DNA of 64,000 bases, from positions 32,001 to 96,000 of IMG/VR virus record IMGVR_UViG_3300013121_000032; one strand, 5' to 3'. Origin of the DNA: a virus (Duplodnaviria > Caudoviricetes). The translations under genes were made by a program, and so were the position numbers. Positions 9,376 through 18,696 of the stretch are shown piece after piece; the first letter of the stretch is position 1; the number at the start of each line of letters is the position of its first letter. The notes under the pieces are model-generated. The model saw only the letters and a program-made list of their open reading frames with translations. It ran no database searches and had not been told where the DNA came from.

Positions 9376-9762
9376 TTACCATTTAGAAACAGCTAAGGAA
9401 TAAATATAAGCTTTCCAAGATTCAGGAAGTTCATCTTCTCCAAGACTTAAAACAGCAGAATTAGCTATATTATCTGGATCAATCTCAGGAGGAATTTGAA
9501 TACAAACTCTTTTATAGGTGTTAGGAAGCAGAGGTTTTCCTTTAGAGTCAACTGGATAAAAATCCACGGTAACATACCCATCAAGAGGATGGGTATGTAC
9601 CAGAGCAATTTTAGTATTAGTTTGAGGGGGAACAGCCGGTGGACTAGATGCTAAATGAAGCATAAGTTTTTCCGGTGTTCTTTTCTTATATTTATATAAA
9701 AGAAAAGAAACTACGCCAAGATTTAATGTAGTATTTAAGATAGATAAGAAATCTATTTGCAT
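9376..9762 (-). CDS. membrane-anchored member of tandem paralog family
   Basis: N-terminal TM; GYVTVDF..DSKGKPL motif shared with the two upstream ORFs. Confidence 0.7.
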   Translation of the reverse strand: MQIDFLSILNTTLNLGVVSFLLYKYKKRTPEKLMLHLASSPPAVPPQTNTKIALVHTHPLDGYVTVDFYPVDSKGKPLLPNTYKRVCIQIPPEIDPDNIANSAVLSLGEDELPESWKAYIYSLAVSKW

Positions 9763-9811
9763 ACTGAAATAATATCAAGATTAAAAATATTTTAATCGGA
9801 TGGTGTTTAAT

Positions 9812-10204
9812 TCAAACAATAGGAAGCGATGAAGAAGCTTCAGCAGTATTTAAAAGAAATGTATGGAAGCTATCAACAGTTTCTTGATCTGCTGTACCCA
9901 ATACAACTGCTTGAAAATCTGCCAACTTTTCTTGAGGTATTTGTGTAGAAAATGTAGGTTGAGATTCAGTTAAAATATTACCATTAGGGTCCAAAAGATC
10001 ACAAACTACAGTAGCCCAACCGGTAATGATTTGATCTACTGAATGAATTTGAGCCTTGACTGCATAATCAATATGATCAATAATAGGAAAACTTGCGAAA
10101 ACGTCTCTAGATACTGCCATTTTAAAATCCCCATAAGAACCAGCTAATAGAATTTTATCGGGGGATAGAGGATAACCCTTCTGGTGACAGGAATAAATTC
10201 TCAT
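9812..10204 (-). CDS. tandem paralog family protein (probable start ATG 10120)
   Basis: GWATVVC..DPNGNIL motif; GGGG RBS before MAVSRD. Confidence 0.7.
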   Translation of the reverse strand: MRIYSCHQKGYPLSPDKILLAGSYGDFKMAVSRDVFASFPIIDHIDYAVKAQIHSVDQIITGWATVVCDLLDPNGNILTESQPTFSTQIPQEKLADFQAVVLGTADQETVDSFHTFLLNTAEASSSLPIV

Positions 10205-10472
10205 CTAGAACGTTTTTTTGGGCTTCTGTAATAGTACCAGCAACAGCACGTCTAAATAAAAGCGCTATATTACTAAGGACTGTAGTAGTAAACCACATAT
10301 CATTTTTAAGATTATTATCATTACTATCAAAAAAAGAATATCTAACTGTAGCCTTTCCTACTTCATATTCTTGATATTCTGCAATAATACAGTAGGAAGC
10401 CTGTATTTCTGGTAAAGGGTTTCCAAATTCATCTAATGGAATTATTAAAGCAGTAGTTGGTTGTTTAAACAT
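10155..10472 (-). CDS. tandem paralog family protein
   Basis: GKATVRY..DSNDNNL motif. Confidence 0.7.
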   Translation of the reverse strand: MFKQPTTALIIPLDEFGNPLPEIQASYCIIAEYQEYEVGKATVRYSFFDSNDNNLKNDMWFTTTVLSNIALLFRRAVAGTITEAQKNVLDENLFLSPEGLSSIPR

Positions 10473-10653
10473 TTATAATTAATAACTTAGCCTTTTGTGG
10501 GGGCATTTGATGAAAAGTAATAGGAATACCCAGGTAATGATAATTACCTGTTTTTAAATTAATCCTATAGCCTCTAACAGCAGCAGTTAGTAATGGTAAT
10601 CCTAAATAATGGAAGTTTCCAGAGGTTAATCTGTTAGTATAAATTATTGCCAT
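10465..10653 (-). CDS. small protein with duplicated GN[FY]HYLG[LI]P motif
   Basis: 62 aa, abuts the upstream spike gene. Confidence 0.65.
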   Translation of the reverse strand: MAIIYTNRLTSGNFHYLGLPLLTAAVRGYRINLKTGNYHYLGIPITFHQMPPQKAKLLIINV

Positions 10654-12747
10654 TTATTGTACCAAAGCATCTAGCCAAGTCCACCAAGTATTATTTGTAG
10701 TTCCACCATAACATTCAAAGTATACCCTAATAGCTTGATATATAGCTGTACTATTTGTATATGTTATGGTTAAAGTTTCCCAGGTATTAGCAGAGGCGGC
10801 AGCGGTAGCTGTGATATCTGAAGTAAGTCCGGGAGTCTCATTAGCCCTAATTTTAATTAGGGTGGTTATACCTGTATTATCCCTTCTAACTCTAGCTAAA
10901 AAGGTAAGAGTTTTTCCTGCTTCTACTATTATAGCTCCCCGCCCTGTTAGACATTCATCTAACGGATAATCGGCAGTTCTAATAGTTGAAGTAGGAGAAA
11001 ATTTTCTTCCATGATTAGAAGGCGCTTCAAAAGTAGTAGAATCGTCCTGAATAGTTCCACCATCGGTTCTAGCTATATTAGTTCCAGATACTCCACCTTC
11101 ATAAAATGAGTTAACCCTAGAATTTCTATAGTTAGTAAAGGTTACTTTTGTAGCTTCTGATATAGAGGCATTATATAAATAACAAGGAGCATTATTAGTT
11201 CCTGATTGAATCAGTGCTGCTGTTGTATTATTTGCTGTTACTAAATTAAGTATTTCGTCGGCTGATATTGAGACTCCTTGAGCACCATTCTTCTTTGCTA
11301 CAACACTGGATAATCGTGCATTACCAGCATATAACCCAACACCTCCATTATTTGAGCACTCAACTGTAGTATTGGGATATTGATTAGTATTAGTATGGCA
11401 CTGAATACCGTTTGTAGTATTAGACAACGCTCTAACATTACCTAGTACCATGTTAGGATTGGCGCTACCTGAACCTGAAGAGGTTATTCCCGATTGGGTA
11501 TTGCTGACTATAAACACGGGTTCTATAGTCCCGACTCTTAGGGTATCAATGGCATTAGTCTGCTGGCCAATTCCAGTAGCCCCACCAATAATATGGCACC
11601 CCTCTATATTAAAGTAGGCATTAGATGCACCTACTTGCCCATGGCCTAAATTTCCAAATCTAACACAGGAGAATCCCTTATATATGATATTCCTAATACT
11701 AGCTGAGGTTAATCCCCAAGGAATGCCACTTCCCAAGCAATCAATCAAAGTGTCATCTCCACTATTTCTAGTAGACATATTAGTTCTATCCCATCCCCCA
11801 GATAGGGTTATGGCAGCTCCAGTAACAGCTCCTGTAGTAACGTTCAAGTTGTATACTACTGTATTGGTTGTGGCTGGAATAGTGGATTGAACAAAAGGCT
11901 CTTTCTTATATATAGCGCAGGTTTCCGTAGTACCGGAATATCCTCTTCCAGATCCTTGGGCTGATGCTACGTTTTGATCTAAAACTATAGTAGTTCCGTT
12001 TATGGATTTAATATTCCACCAACTGTAATCTGTAATATTATTACCACCAGTACCCGAACCATTTTTGCCTATCACAGAAGTTAGAGTTAATGAGTCAGCA
12101 GAGGAGGTAGCTTTACATGCGATAATATCATCTATAAGAATAGTTACTGTTCCTGGATCACTCAGGCAGTTCAAGGCTACGGATTTAATAGAACTTCCTA
12201 AGTTGCTTCCAGCATTAATAGTAATAGGTGCCCAGGCCCCTGATAATAAATTAACAGGAATAGTAAAACTATTTACAGGTGTCGCTCCCGCTACATCAGA
12301 GCACAAATCTATTCTCAATACATTAGCTGCCACAGCAGCATTGGGTTGAATCCAAAAACTAATTTGCTGATATCCAGATAGGTCCAGTGTTCCTGTAGCA
12401 TAGTACGCAGCTAATCCTGTAGTAAAAGCAGCAGCAATGGCTATAGAAGAACTATTAGACCCTTCTTTTCTTGTAGTTGAGGTAGTGCAAACTACGTTTG
12501 CAGATGCAGTAGTCCAAGCCCCATCTAAATAAATATTTTGAGTAACGGCTGATGTAAGGGTTACTGTTATAGATCCGTCAGTAAAAGTAGCATTTTGAGA
12601 TAGAGGAGTAGCTGTTGGAGTCCCTTTAAACCTAACTTCATCTCCAGCAGCCAAAGTAAATCCAGTAAAACTGCCTTTTCTATTAGCGAAAGAAGATCCA
12701 TCAGCCGTTCCAGCTCCACCCTCTAAATCTACATAATAGGTTGTCAT
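10654..12747 (-). CDS. putative tail spike / virion fibre with parallel beta-helix and carbohydrate-binding-like domains
   Basis: MTTYYVD..G.....DG.S start typical of beta-helix proteins; SNTxxGI/NNGGVG repeats; Thr/Ser/Gly/Asn-rich. Confidence 0.65.
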   Translation of the reverse strand: MTTYYVDLEGGAGTADGSSFANRKGSFTGFTLAAGDEVRFKGTPTATPLSQNATFTDGSITVTLTSAVTQNIYLDGAWTTASANVVCTTSTTRKEGSNSSSIAIAAAFTTGLAAYYATGTLDLSGYQQISFWIQPNAAVAANVLRIDLCSDVAGATPVNSFTIPVNLLSGAWAPITINAGSNLGSSIKSVALNCLSDPGTVTILIDDIIACKATSSADSLTLTSVIGKNGSGTGGNNITDYSWWNIKSINGTTIVLDQNVASAQGSGRGYSGTTETCAIYKKEPFVQSTIPATTNTVVYNLNVTTGAVTGAAITLSGGWDRTNMSTRNSGDDTLIDCLGSGIPWGLTSASIRNIIYKGFSCVRFGNLGHGQVGASNAYFNIEGCHIIGGATGIGQQTNAIDTLRVGTIEPVFIVSNTQSGITSSGSGSANPNMVLGNVRALSNTTNGIQCHTNTNQYPNTTVECSNNGGVGLYAGNARLSSVVAKKNGAQGVSISADEILNLVTANNTTAALIQSGTNNAPCYLYNASISEATKVTFTNYRNSRVNSFYEGGVSGTNIARTDGGTIQDDSTTFEAPSNHGRKFSPTSTIRTADYPLDECLTGRGAIIVEAGKTLTFLARVRRDNTGITTLIKIRANETPGLTSDITATAAASANTWETLTITYTNSTAIYQAIRVYFECYGGTTNNTWWTWLDALVQ

Positions 12748-12750
12748 ATT

Positions 12751-15315
12751 TTATCCAGTCCTCAATATTTTTAATGTAATTGAGGCTCTAGTAATTGTAG
12801 AAGCACTCTCTAAAACAAACTTCAAGCAATCACCATCATTTATAGTAGTTGTCCAACCACTTAATGTAGTATCTTGAGATTTTTGAGCAGAGGTAAGTGT
12901 TGGCTTTGCAGAAGCAACAATAGAAGTCATAGTTGGAAAGCTAGAATATGTAGATTTATAGATATTAAATACACAGCTACCAGTCTGATCTGCAAGAATA
13001 GTAACCGATTGAATTGTACCGTTAACAGTTGAATAGTACTCACCAACCTCTCCTGAGATTAGACTTGATGATGCTCCATCTATAACTAAAGTTGTGAAGA
13101 TATATGGTGTAATAGTTTGGTATACACTACTATTAGTTCCAACTAAGGTTTGTCCAAGTGTAGGAACAGTAGAGATTCCTGTTCCACCACTTTGAGGAGA
13201 TTCAATTCTAGGTTTAAGGTATCTCCAAGTTTTAACTCCGTCAGAAATAATCCCCCAAACTTGTAAAGTAGGAACAGTAGTTGAGGTTAAACTTCCTTCA
13301 ATAGTATCTGTACCATTAGTAGAGACTGTACAAGTATTAGAACCTGTAACTGTAATATTTTTAAACCAGAAAATTTTACCAGGCATTGATGATGCAGCAC
13401 TTAAAAGCATAGTTAGATTGCTAGATGATGCATCCATTCCAATATATGAATTAGTTGAATTAGAAAGAGTTAAATTAGAAGTAGCTGAAGCAAATCCAAC
13501 TAAACCATTTGTCCATGCAGGAACATCTGTTGCTACTGCCAAAAATTGGGAATTAGCACCAATTGGAAGATTAGCAGCAGTATTAGCTGCACTATAATAA
13601 GGAAGATCTCCTTTATTTCCAGTAGCACTATAACTAATACTAGGAGTAGTTGTAGGATTGGAGACAGAAGTATTAAACCAGGGGCTTAGATTTCCAGAAG
13701 AGACAGATATAACAGAACCGCTACCTCCACCTCCAGAAGAAACACTAGTAGGAACAATAGTTAAGGTTGTTCCATCATTTGATAGATAGCCTCCAGATAC
13801 TGTTAAATTAAGGAAATTTAATGTACCAGAAGGTGTAGATCCTAGTATTTGGTGGGCAGCAGTTGATGCTATATCAGCCACATTAGCTGTAGCATTTCCA
13901 GCAGTACCTACAACAGAATGAGCAGCACTTTGACGGAATTTACTATTGGATACTTTATTAGATCCGATTGTAGTATTTCCAGTATTGTCAATAGTAACAT
14001 CGCCTGACATAGCTACATCAGCAGCTACGTTAGAAGCATTTCCTACATATACGTGAGAATTAGTTAATGCTTTATTTGCAACAGCATTATCTGCATATGC
14101 TGTAGTAGCAATTTTAGTAGAGTTGTCTCCAGCAGCTTGAGTGGTAGTTGTGGGATTACCAGGAATAGCTGTGTTATTAGCTAAATCTATTGTGGGACTT
14201 CCTGCTATACCGTCTCCATTTGTAACTGTAATGTGTGAAGCTGTACCAGTTATGGTCCTACCTATAAAAGACGAACCATTTTGAGAGATCATTCCAGAAT
14301 TACTGGATGAAGCAATATTATTTAAGGTATTGCTGTATGCAGTAGTATAGACTTTTGAAGTAATCCCTACTGTGGGATCTCCAGATACTCCATTACCATT
14401 AGTCACAGAGATATAGTTAGTATCTCCAGATTGGAGAGTTCTACCTGTAAAAGTATCTGGTGCTGTTTGTGTTACTAAACCATTAGTATTAAATGCAGCT
14501 AATGCTGTTAGTGTAGGATCAAGAGGTTGTAGTTCAGATGCAGAAATAGTTAAACTGCTAAGTGGTCCACCATCTTGAATTCTTAATCCACCAGATACTG
14601 CAATTTTTCTAGCAGCACTTAGATCAGAGGGAAGATCAATAGTCAAAAAAGCATCTGAGTTTACTGGTGTTGAGAGATTAGTCCTAGCTCCTGAAGCTGT
14701 AGTAGATCCAGTTCCTCCATGAAGTACTGGCAAAGCTCCGGTTATTTGTCCAGCATCAATACTTTTATTTGTTAATATTTGACTTCCATCAAGAGATACT
14801 ACACTAGATGGTAGATCAGTTAAGGCTAAAAGTCTAAAAGTAGGTACAGCAGAACTTCCAGAAGCTGGACCAGCATAAATTAATCCAGAACTTTGAGAAA
14901 CTAATGTATAAGTAATGGATGGTGTAGTAGTTGGATTAGCTACATTTGTAGTAAATAATGGACTTAAATTTCCAGCAGAAACATTAGTTACTGTACCACT
15001 ACTACTTCCACCACCTGTTGCTGTAAGTAAAAGAGAATTAGTGCTATATGTAACAGCAAGACCAGTTCCTACTACTAACTTAAAACTATTAGGAAGTTGA
15101 TATGATTCATCATCTCTAGTGATATAGGTTGGTGTAGTTAATGGGGCTGGAGTAGCTGAAATAGTTACATTTCCAGAAGAAACCATAATGGTAACTCCTG
15201 GACCTGGAATCAATAATTTACCATTAATTAGATCAGCATCAGCCGCAGTAAGAACATACTGAGCGTCATCTGGAGCATAAATAGGTTCTGGCGGATAGTT
15301 TAAGTTCGCTGTCAT
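12751..15315 (-). CDS. putative virion fibre protein with internal repeats
   Basis: 854 aa Ser/Thr/Gly-rich; LPVLHGGTG, DNSTKIATTAY fibre motifs; duplicated GNLSP.F.T.V.NPTTTPSI.Y. Confidence 0.7.
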   Translation of the reverse strand: MTANLNYPPEPIYAPDDAQYVLTAADADLINGKLLIPGPGVTIMVSSGNVTISATPAPLTTPTYITRDDESYQLPNSFKLVVGTGLAVTYSTNSLLLTATGGGSSSGTVTNVSAGNLSPLFTTNVANPTTTPSITYTLVSQSSGLIYAGPASGSSAVPTFRLLALTDLPSSVVSLDGSQILTNKSIDAGQITGALPVLHGGTGSTTASGARTNLSTPVNSDAFLTIDLPSDLSAARKIAVSGGLRIQDGGPLSSLTISASELQPLDPTLTALAAFNTNGLVTQTAPDTFTGRTLQSGDTNYISVTNGNGVSGDPTVGITSKVYTTAYSNTLNNIASSSNSGMISQNGSSFIGRTITGTASHITVTNGDGIAGSPTIDLANNTAIPGNPTTTTQAAGDNSTKIATTAYADNAVANKALTNSHVYVGNASNVAADVAMSGDVTIDNTGNTTIGSNKVSNSKFRQSAAHSVVGTAGNATANVADIASTAAHQILGSTPSGTLNFLNLTVSGGYLSNDGTTLTIVPTSVSSGGGGSGSVISVSSGNLSPWFNTSVSNPTTTPSISYSATGNKGDLPYYSAANTAANLPIGANSQFLAVATDVPAWTNGLVGFASATSNLTLSNSTNSYIGMDASSSNLTMLLSAASSMPGKIFWFKNITVTGSNTCTVSTNGTDTIEGSLTSTTVPTLQVWGIISDGVKTWRYLKPRIESPQSGGTGISTVPTLGQTLVGTNSSVYQTITPYIFTTLVIDGASSSLISGEVGEYYSTVNGTIQSVTILADQTGSCVFNIYKSTYSSFPTMTSIVASAKPTLTSAQKSQDTTLSGWTTTINDGDCLKFVLESASTITRASITLKILRTG

Positions 15316-15338
15316 TTAAATCCTCCAAGGATGAGGAT

Positions 15339-15761
15339 CTAAAGATCCGCTTCTATCTTTATAGTGCAAGCATTTGTATTATCTTGATTAAAGAAAGATA
15401 GCCTTGTCCAACGGGGAACTTTATCCAAAGAATAATTAATATCAGTTCTAACTGTTTGGGGTGAAACTGCACCAGTAGTAACAGGATTGAGGGTCATAGG
15501 AGTTCCTACTGAAACATATAGTGGAACAGAAGAGCCATCTAATACCATAGGAATAGTTCCAGTAGCTGTGGGATCGGCACCGCCAAAACCATCATAAATA
15601 TTTAGTGTAACTCCAGATGATGCAGACGAAGTTAATGCATAAGTAACTTCTATAAGAACTTGGAAATTAGCTAACTCATATAAATCAATATCCAAAACTC
15701 TTGTTTGTTTCGGATTAATAGTAAATCCTGGTTGAAGAACTTGATAGTTATTTCTGGACAT
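15339..15761 (-). CDS. putative virion structural protein
   Basis: 140 aa beta-rich ORF between portal and fibre. Confidence 0.55.
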   Translation of the reverse strand: MSRNNYQVLQPGFTINPKQTRVLDIDLYELANFQVLIEVTYALTSSASSGVTLNIYDGFGGADPTATGTIPMVLDGSSVPLYVSVGTPMTLNPVTTGAVSPQTVRTDINYSLDKVPRWTRLSFFNQDNTNACTIKIEADL

Positions 15762-15867
15762 CTTCTTTCTTTACCTTTTTCTTCTTAAGGATTACTATTT
15801 GTTTTTTCTTTTTGAGTTCTTCATTAGAGAGCTTTTTTATTTCTCTTATGAAAGTATTCTCCGTCAT
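15748..15867 (-). CDS. small Lys-rich protein (39 aa, not in ORF track)
   Basis: MTENTFIREIKKLSNEELKKKKQIVILKKKKVKKKDVQK; AGGTGG RBS; bridges portal and the next gene. Confidence 0.55.
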   Translation of the reverse strand: MTENTFIREIKKLSNEELKKKKQIVILKKKKVKKEDVQK

Positions 15868-17467
15868 CTTTTCCACCTACTTTAAGCATTAACGCTTCTA
15901 TCTCTTCCAAAATTTTATCTGATTCAATTTCATTTAAATCTGGATCAGATTGTTCTGGAGCAAGAAGATCTGGAAGTTGAGTTTGACCTTCTCCAGTAGC
16001 CTTAAGAGGAGAATTATCCAAAACAATATTTCCTCTTGGATCATTAGGAGGAAGAGGTTCCCAACCTAGAATTTTTTCTCTAGCCTCATTTACAGTAATA
16101 ATTTTCCCAGTAGTAGCTAGGAAATTAATAGTTTGAGCGGCAGCAAGAGTTAAAGCGCCATATCTACCTGATGGAACAATTTTAATATCTTGAATTCCAA
16201 GTAGATTAACTAGAATTTGTTGGTTAAGAAAGCCATCTATCTTAGAGGTAAGTCGGTTAATAGTTGCATCAAATTGAGCATTAACTACGTTCTCTACAAG
16301 AGAAGGTTGATATTGGGCTGTGGTTGATCTTGGAATTCCTATCTTTTCAGATGGAACACCTAAAAGGGTAGAAACCATTTTAGCTGTATGGTCTTTTCCT
16401 TCAAGGTAATTAGCATCTAATTCTCCAGGTTTCATCATTTGATGAACATCTTTAATATTGTTCATAGCTAATACACCATGACCAGCTTTAGCACCAGCAT
16501 GGAGAAAATCAAATTGAGCTTGAACCTCTTTAACCCAATCAGAGGATCTAGCAGTAGGAATACCATCTGCATCTTTAGGGTTTTCTAAAGAAATTAACCA
16601 ACCAATAAGCCCGCCTTTTTGAAAGATGGTATTATTAAGATTCATGGCATGGAGAATAGTTTCAATTTCAGTAATTGCTGAAACTAGTGGGGGGCTGCCA
16701 ATTTTATTACTTGAGAGGGATGGTAATTTAAGATGAAGAATATCTTTAACATCATAAGTAATCTTCATCCGTCCAACAGTATATTCCCAAGCAATGATTT
16801 CTTCTGTGCTTCTATCAAAAATAGGGAGAAGCTTATTTGGAAGAAGTAGCTCTAATTTAATGATTCCTCTTGTTCTAGTTCTATGAGGAAGAATAAAAGC
16901 ATTACCATAATTCTGAAGATGGGCTATTAATTCTACTCTTAACTCATCTACCTTAAGATTTTTTAATATTTTATATACTTCAGCAAGTCTAGTCTCAGAT
17001 GTTCCTTTAATAGATTTAAGATAGAAGCCATCAGACTCTACTGCTTCTCTAATTAAATCTATTGCTCTACGAATAGCCCAATACTGCTCAGAAATATAAG
17101 CAAAAACTCCAAAAGGATTAGCAAAATAATTCCAAAGCTTAGTTCCAGAAGGACGATATCCAAACATATCAGCAGAGCCTCTAAGGATATAGCTCTTAGA
17201 GGACTCATCAGCCTGTACTACAGGAAGTTGAACATCTTTTTTGGTATTAATTGTTTCCAGAAATTGTTCAAACTCTAAACCCCTTCTGTAAAATTGGGCA
17301 GGATCTTTAACTACTTCAGTTGAGGATAGCTCAGAGAAAAAATCTTTTATAGCTCCCTGATATTCCGGTTTATAGGATTTAATGAAGTATTCTAGATAAG
17401 AACGTTGACCAGTTTTATAAAGTAAGCTATTATAAGTTTTTGAAATTGAGTGAAAAATGTTATCCAT
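15824..17467 (-). CDS. portal protein (HK97 family)
   Basis: AIRRAIDLI, HLQNYGNAFI, DILHLK...IGSPPL, STLLGVP, ITVNEARE.LG.EPLP. Confidence 0.9.
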   Translation of the reverse strand: MDNIFHSISKTYNSLLYKTGQRSYLEYFIKSYKPEYQGAIKDFFSELSSTEVVKDPAQFYRRGLEFEQFLETINTKKDVQLPVVQADESSKSYILRGSADMFGYRPSGTKLWNYFANPFGVFAYISEQYWAIRRAIDLIREAVESDGFYLKSIKGTSETRLAEVYKILKNLKVDELRVELIAHLQNYGNAFILPHRTRTRGIIKLELLLPNKLLPIFDRSTEEIIAWEYTVGRMKITYDVKDILHLKLPSLSSNKIGSPPLVSAITEIETILHAMNLNNTIFQKGGLIGWLISLENPKDADGIPTARSSDWVKEVQAQFDFLHAGAKAGHGVLAMNNIKDVHQMMKPGELDANYLEGKDHTAKMVSTLLGVPSEKIGIPRSTTAQYQPSLVENVVNAQFDATINRLTSKIDGFLNQQILVNLLGIQDIKIVPSGRYGALTLAAAQTINFLATTGKIITVNEAREKILGWEPLPPNDPRGNIVLDNSPLKATGEGQTQLPDLLAPEQSDPDLNEIESDKILEEIEALMLKVGGKDDGEYFHKRNKKAL

Positions 17468-17502
17468 TGTTAGCCCTAAAATCTCCTTTTAATTTTATCC
17501 AT

Positions 17503-18696
17503 ATGAAGAAACTAGAAGTTGGAATTCCTAATTTGCCTGGTATTGCTAAGTTTAAAGAGCAAATTGATGGAATTTTTAATCGGAGACAATTAACTAACAA
17601 TGGCCCTCTTGTTCAAGAGTTAGAAAAGGTTTGGGAAGATAAGTTTAAAGTTAAACATGCCATTGCTGTTAGTAATGCAACAATGGGATTATATTTGGCA
17701 ATGGAGGCTTTGCTACCTAAAGGTGCAAAAGTTATAGTTCCATCATTTACTTTTATTGCTTCAGCACATGCAATAACTCAAGCATCCTTAAATCCAAAAT
17801 TTATAGACTGTGGTGGACCTTCTATGATGTATCATCCATCTACATTAATACTGGATGATATGTTAAATAAAGAACCTGGCATTAAAGGAGTTTTAATTCC
17901 CAATCTTTTTGGTACAGCTTCTAATTGTGAATTTATAGGTTCTATTGCTAAACGTAGAAATGTTAAATTAATATATGATTCTGCACATGGAGTTGGAACA
18001 TCATTTAGGTCAACTTCTAATAAACCAATTCCATTAGGAGGGTTTGGTGATTGTGAGGTTTTTAGTCTTCATGCTACTAAACTTATAAATGGATTTGAGG
18101 GTGGTATTATTACAACTAATAATTCTGATTTAGCTGTTACTTTAAGAGAAATGAGAAACTTTGGTTTCCAAGAAAATGCTGGAGTTCAGGGATCTTCTGT
18201 AGGATATGGTACTAATGCTAAACTAAGTGAAATCCATGCCTTAATGGCATTATGCAATCTAGAGTATTTAGATGAGATTATTAATCATAATAAAATGATT
18301 TTTGATTTATATGTAAAACATCTGCCTATGCAAATTAATGTAATGGCTCCCATAGCTTATACATATAAATGTAATTATTCGTATGTTCCTTGTGAAGTTG
18401 GTGGATCAGAAAGCTCTATTAGAAATAGATCATTAAGAGATTTCATTCTTAAATATATTTATGAGAAGGCTAATATAAGAGCTAGGATTTATTTTAAACC
18501 TTGCCATTTAAATCCTATTTATAAGGTTTTAGAAAATAAAGTTCCAAATGCTGAGAGATTAGCAGCTACCTCTTTCTGCCTTCCTACAGGTTTAAATATT
18601 GATAAAGATGATGTTATCTATATTTGTGCAAAAATTAGAGAGAGTATAGAACAATTCAATACTCTCTCTAAATCGCAAGGGGCAGCTTGTAATTAG
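17503..18696 (+). CDS. DegT/DnrJ/EryC1/StrS PLP-dependent NDP-sugar aminotransferase (VioA-like); probable start ATG 17503
   Basis: LTNNGPLVQELE, VSNAT, PSFTF.AS, YDSAH, FSLHATK (PLP lysine), EGG, GTNAKLSE. Confidence 0.92.
   Translation: MKKLEVGIPNLPGIAKFKEQIDGIFNRRQLTNNGPLVQELEKVWEDKFKVKHAIAVSNATMGLYLAMEALLPKGAKVIVPSFTFIASAHAITQASLNPKFIDCGGPSMMYHPSTLILDDMLNKEPGIKGVLIPNLFGTASNCEFIGSIAKRRNVKLIYDSAHGVGTSFRSTSNKPIPLGGFGDCEVFSLHATKLINGFEGGIITTNNSDLAVTLREMRNFGFQENAGVQGSSVGYGTNAKLSEIHALMALCNLEYLDEIINHNKMIFDLYVKHLPMQINVMAPIAYTYKCNYSYVPCEVGGSESSIRNRSLRDFILKYIYEKANIRARIYFKPCHLNPIYKVLENKVPNAERLAATSFCLPTGLNIDKDDVIYICAKIRESIEQFNTLSKSQGAACN

Noticed and set aside
10654-15315. Diversity-generating retroelement acting on fibre genes
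   Set aside because: No reverse transcriptase and no near-identical nucleotide TR/VR pair; the repeats are diverged protein-level duplications.
17440-17502. TTG start at 17440 for the aminotransferase and 58618 for the sigma factor
   Set aside because: Both extensions overlap other genes and lack family similarity; ATG 17503 and ATG 58738 fit better.
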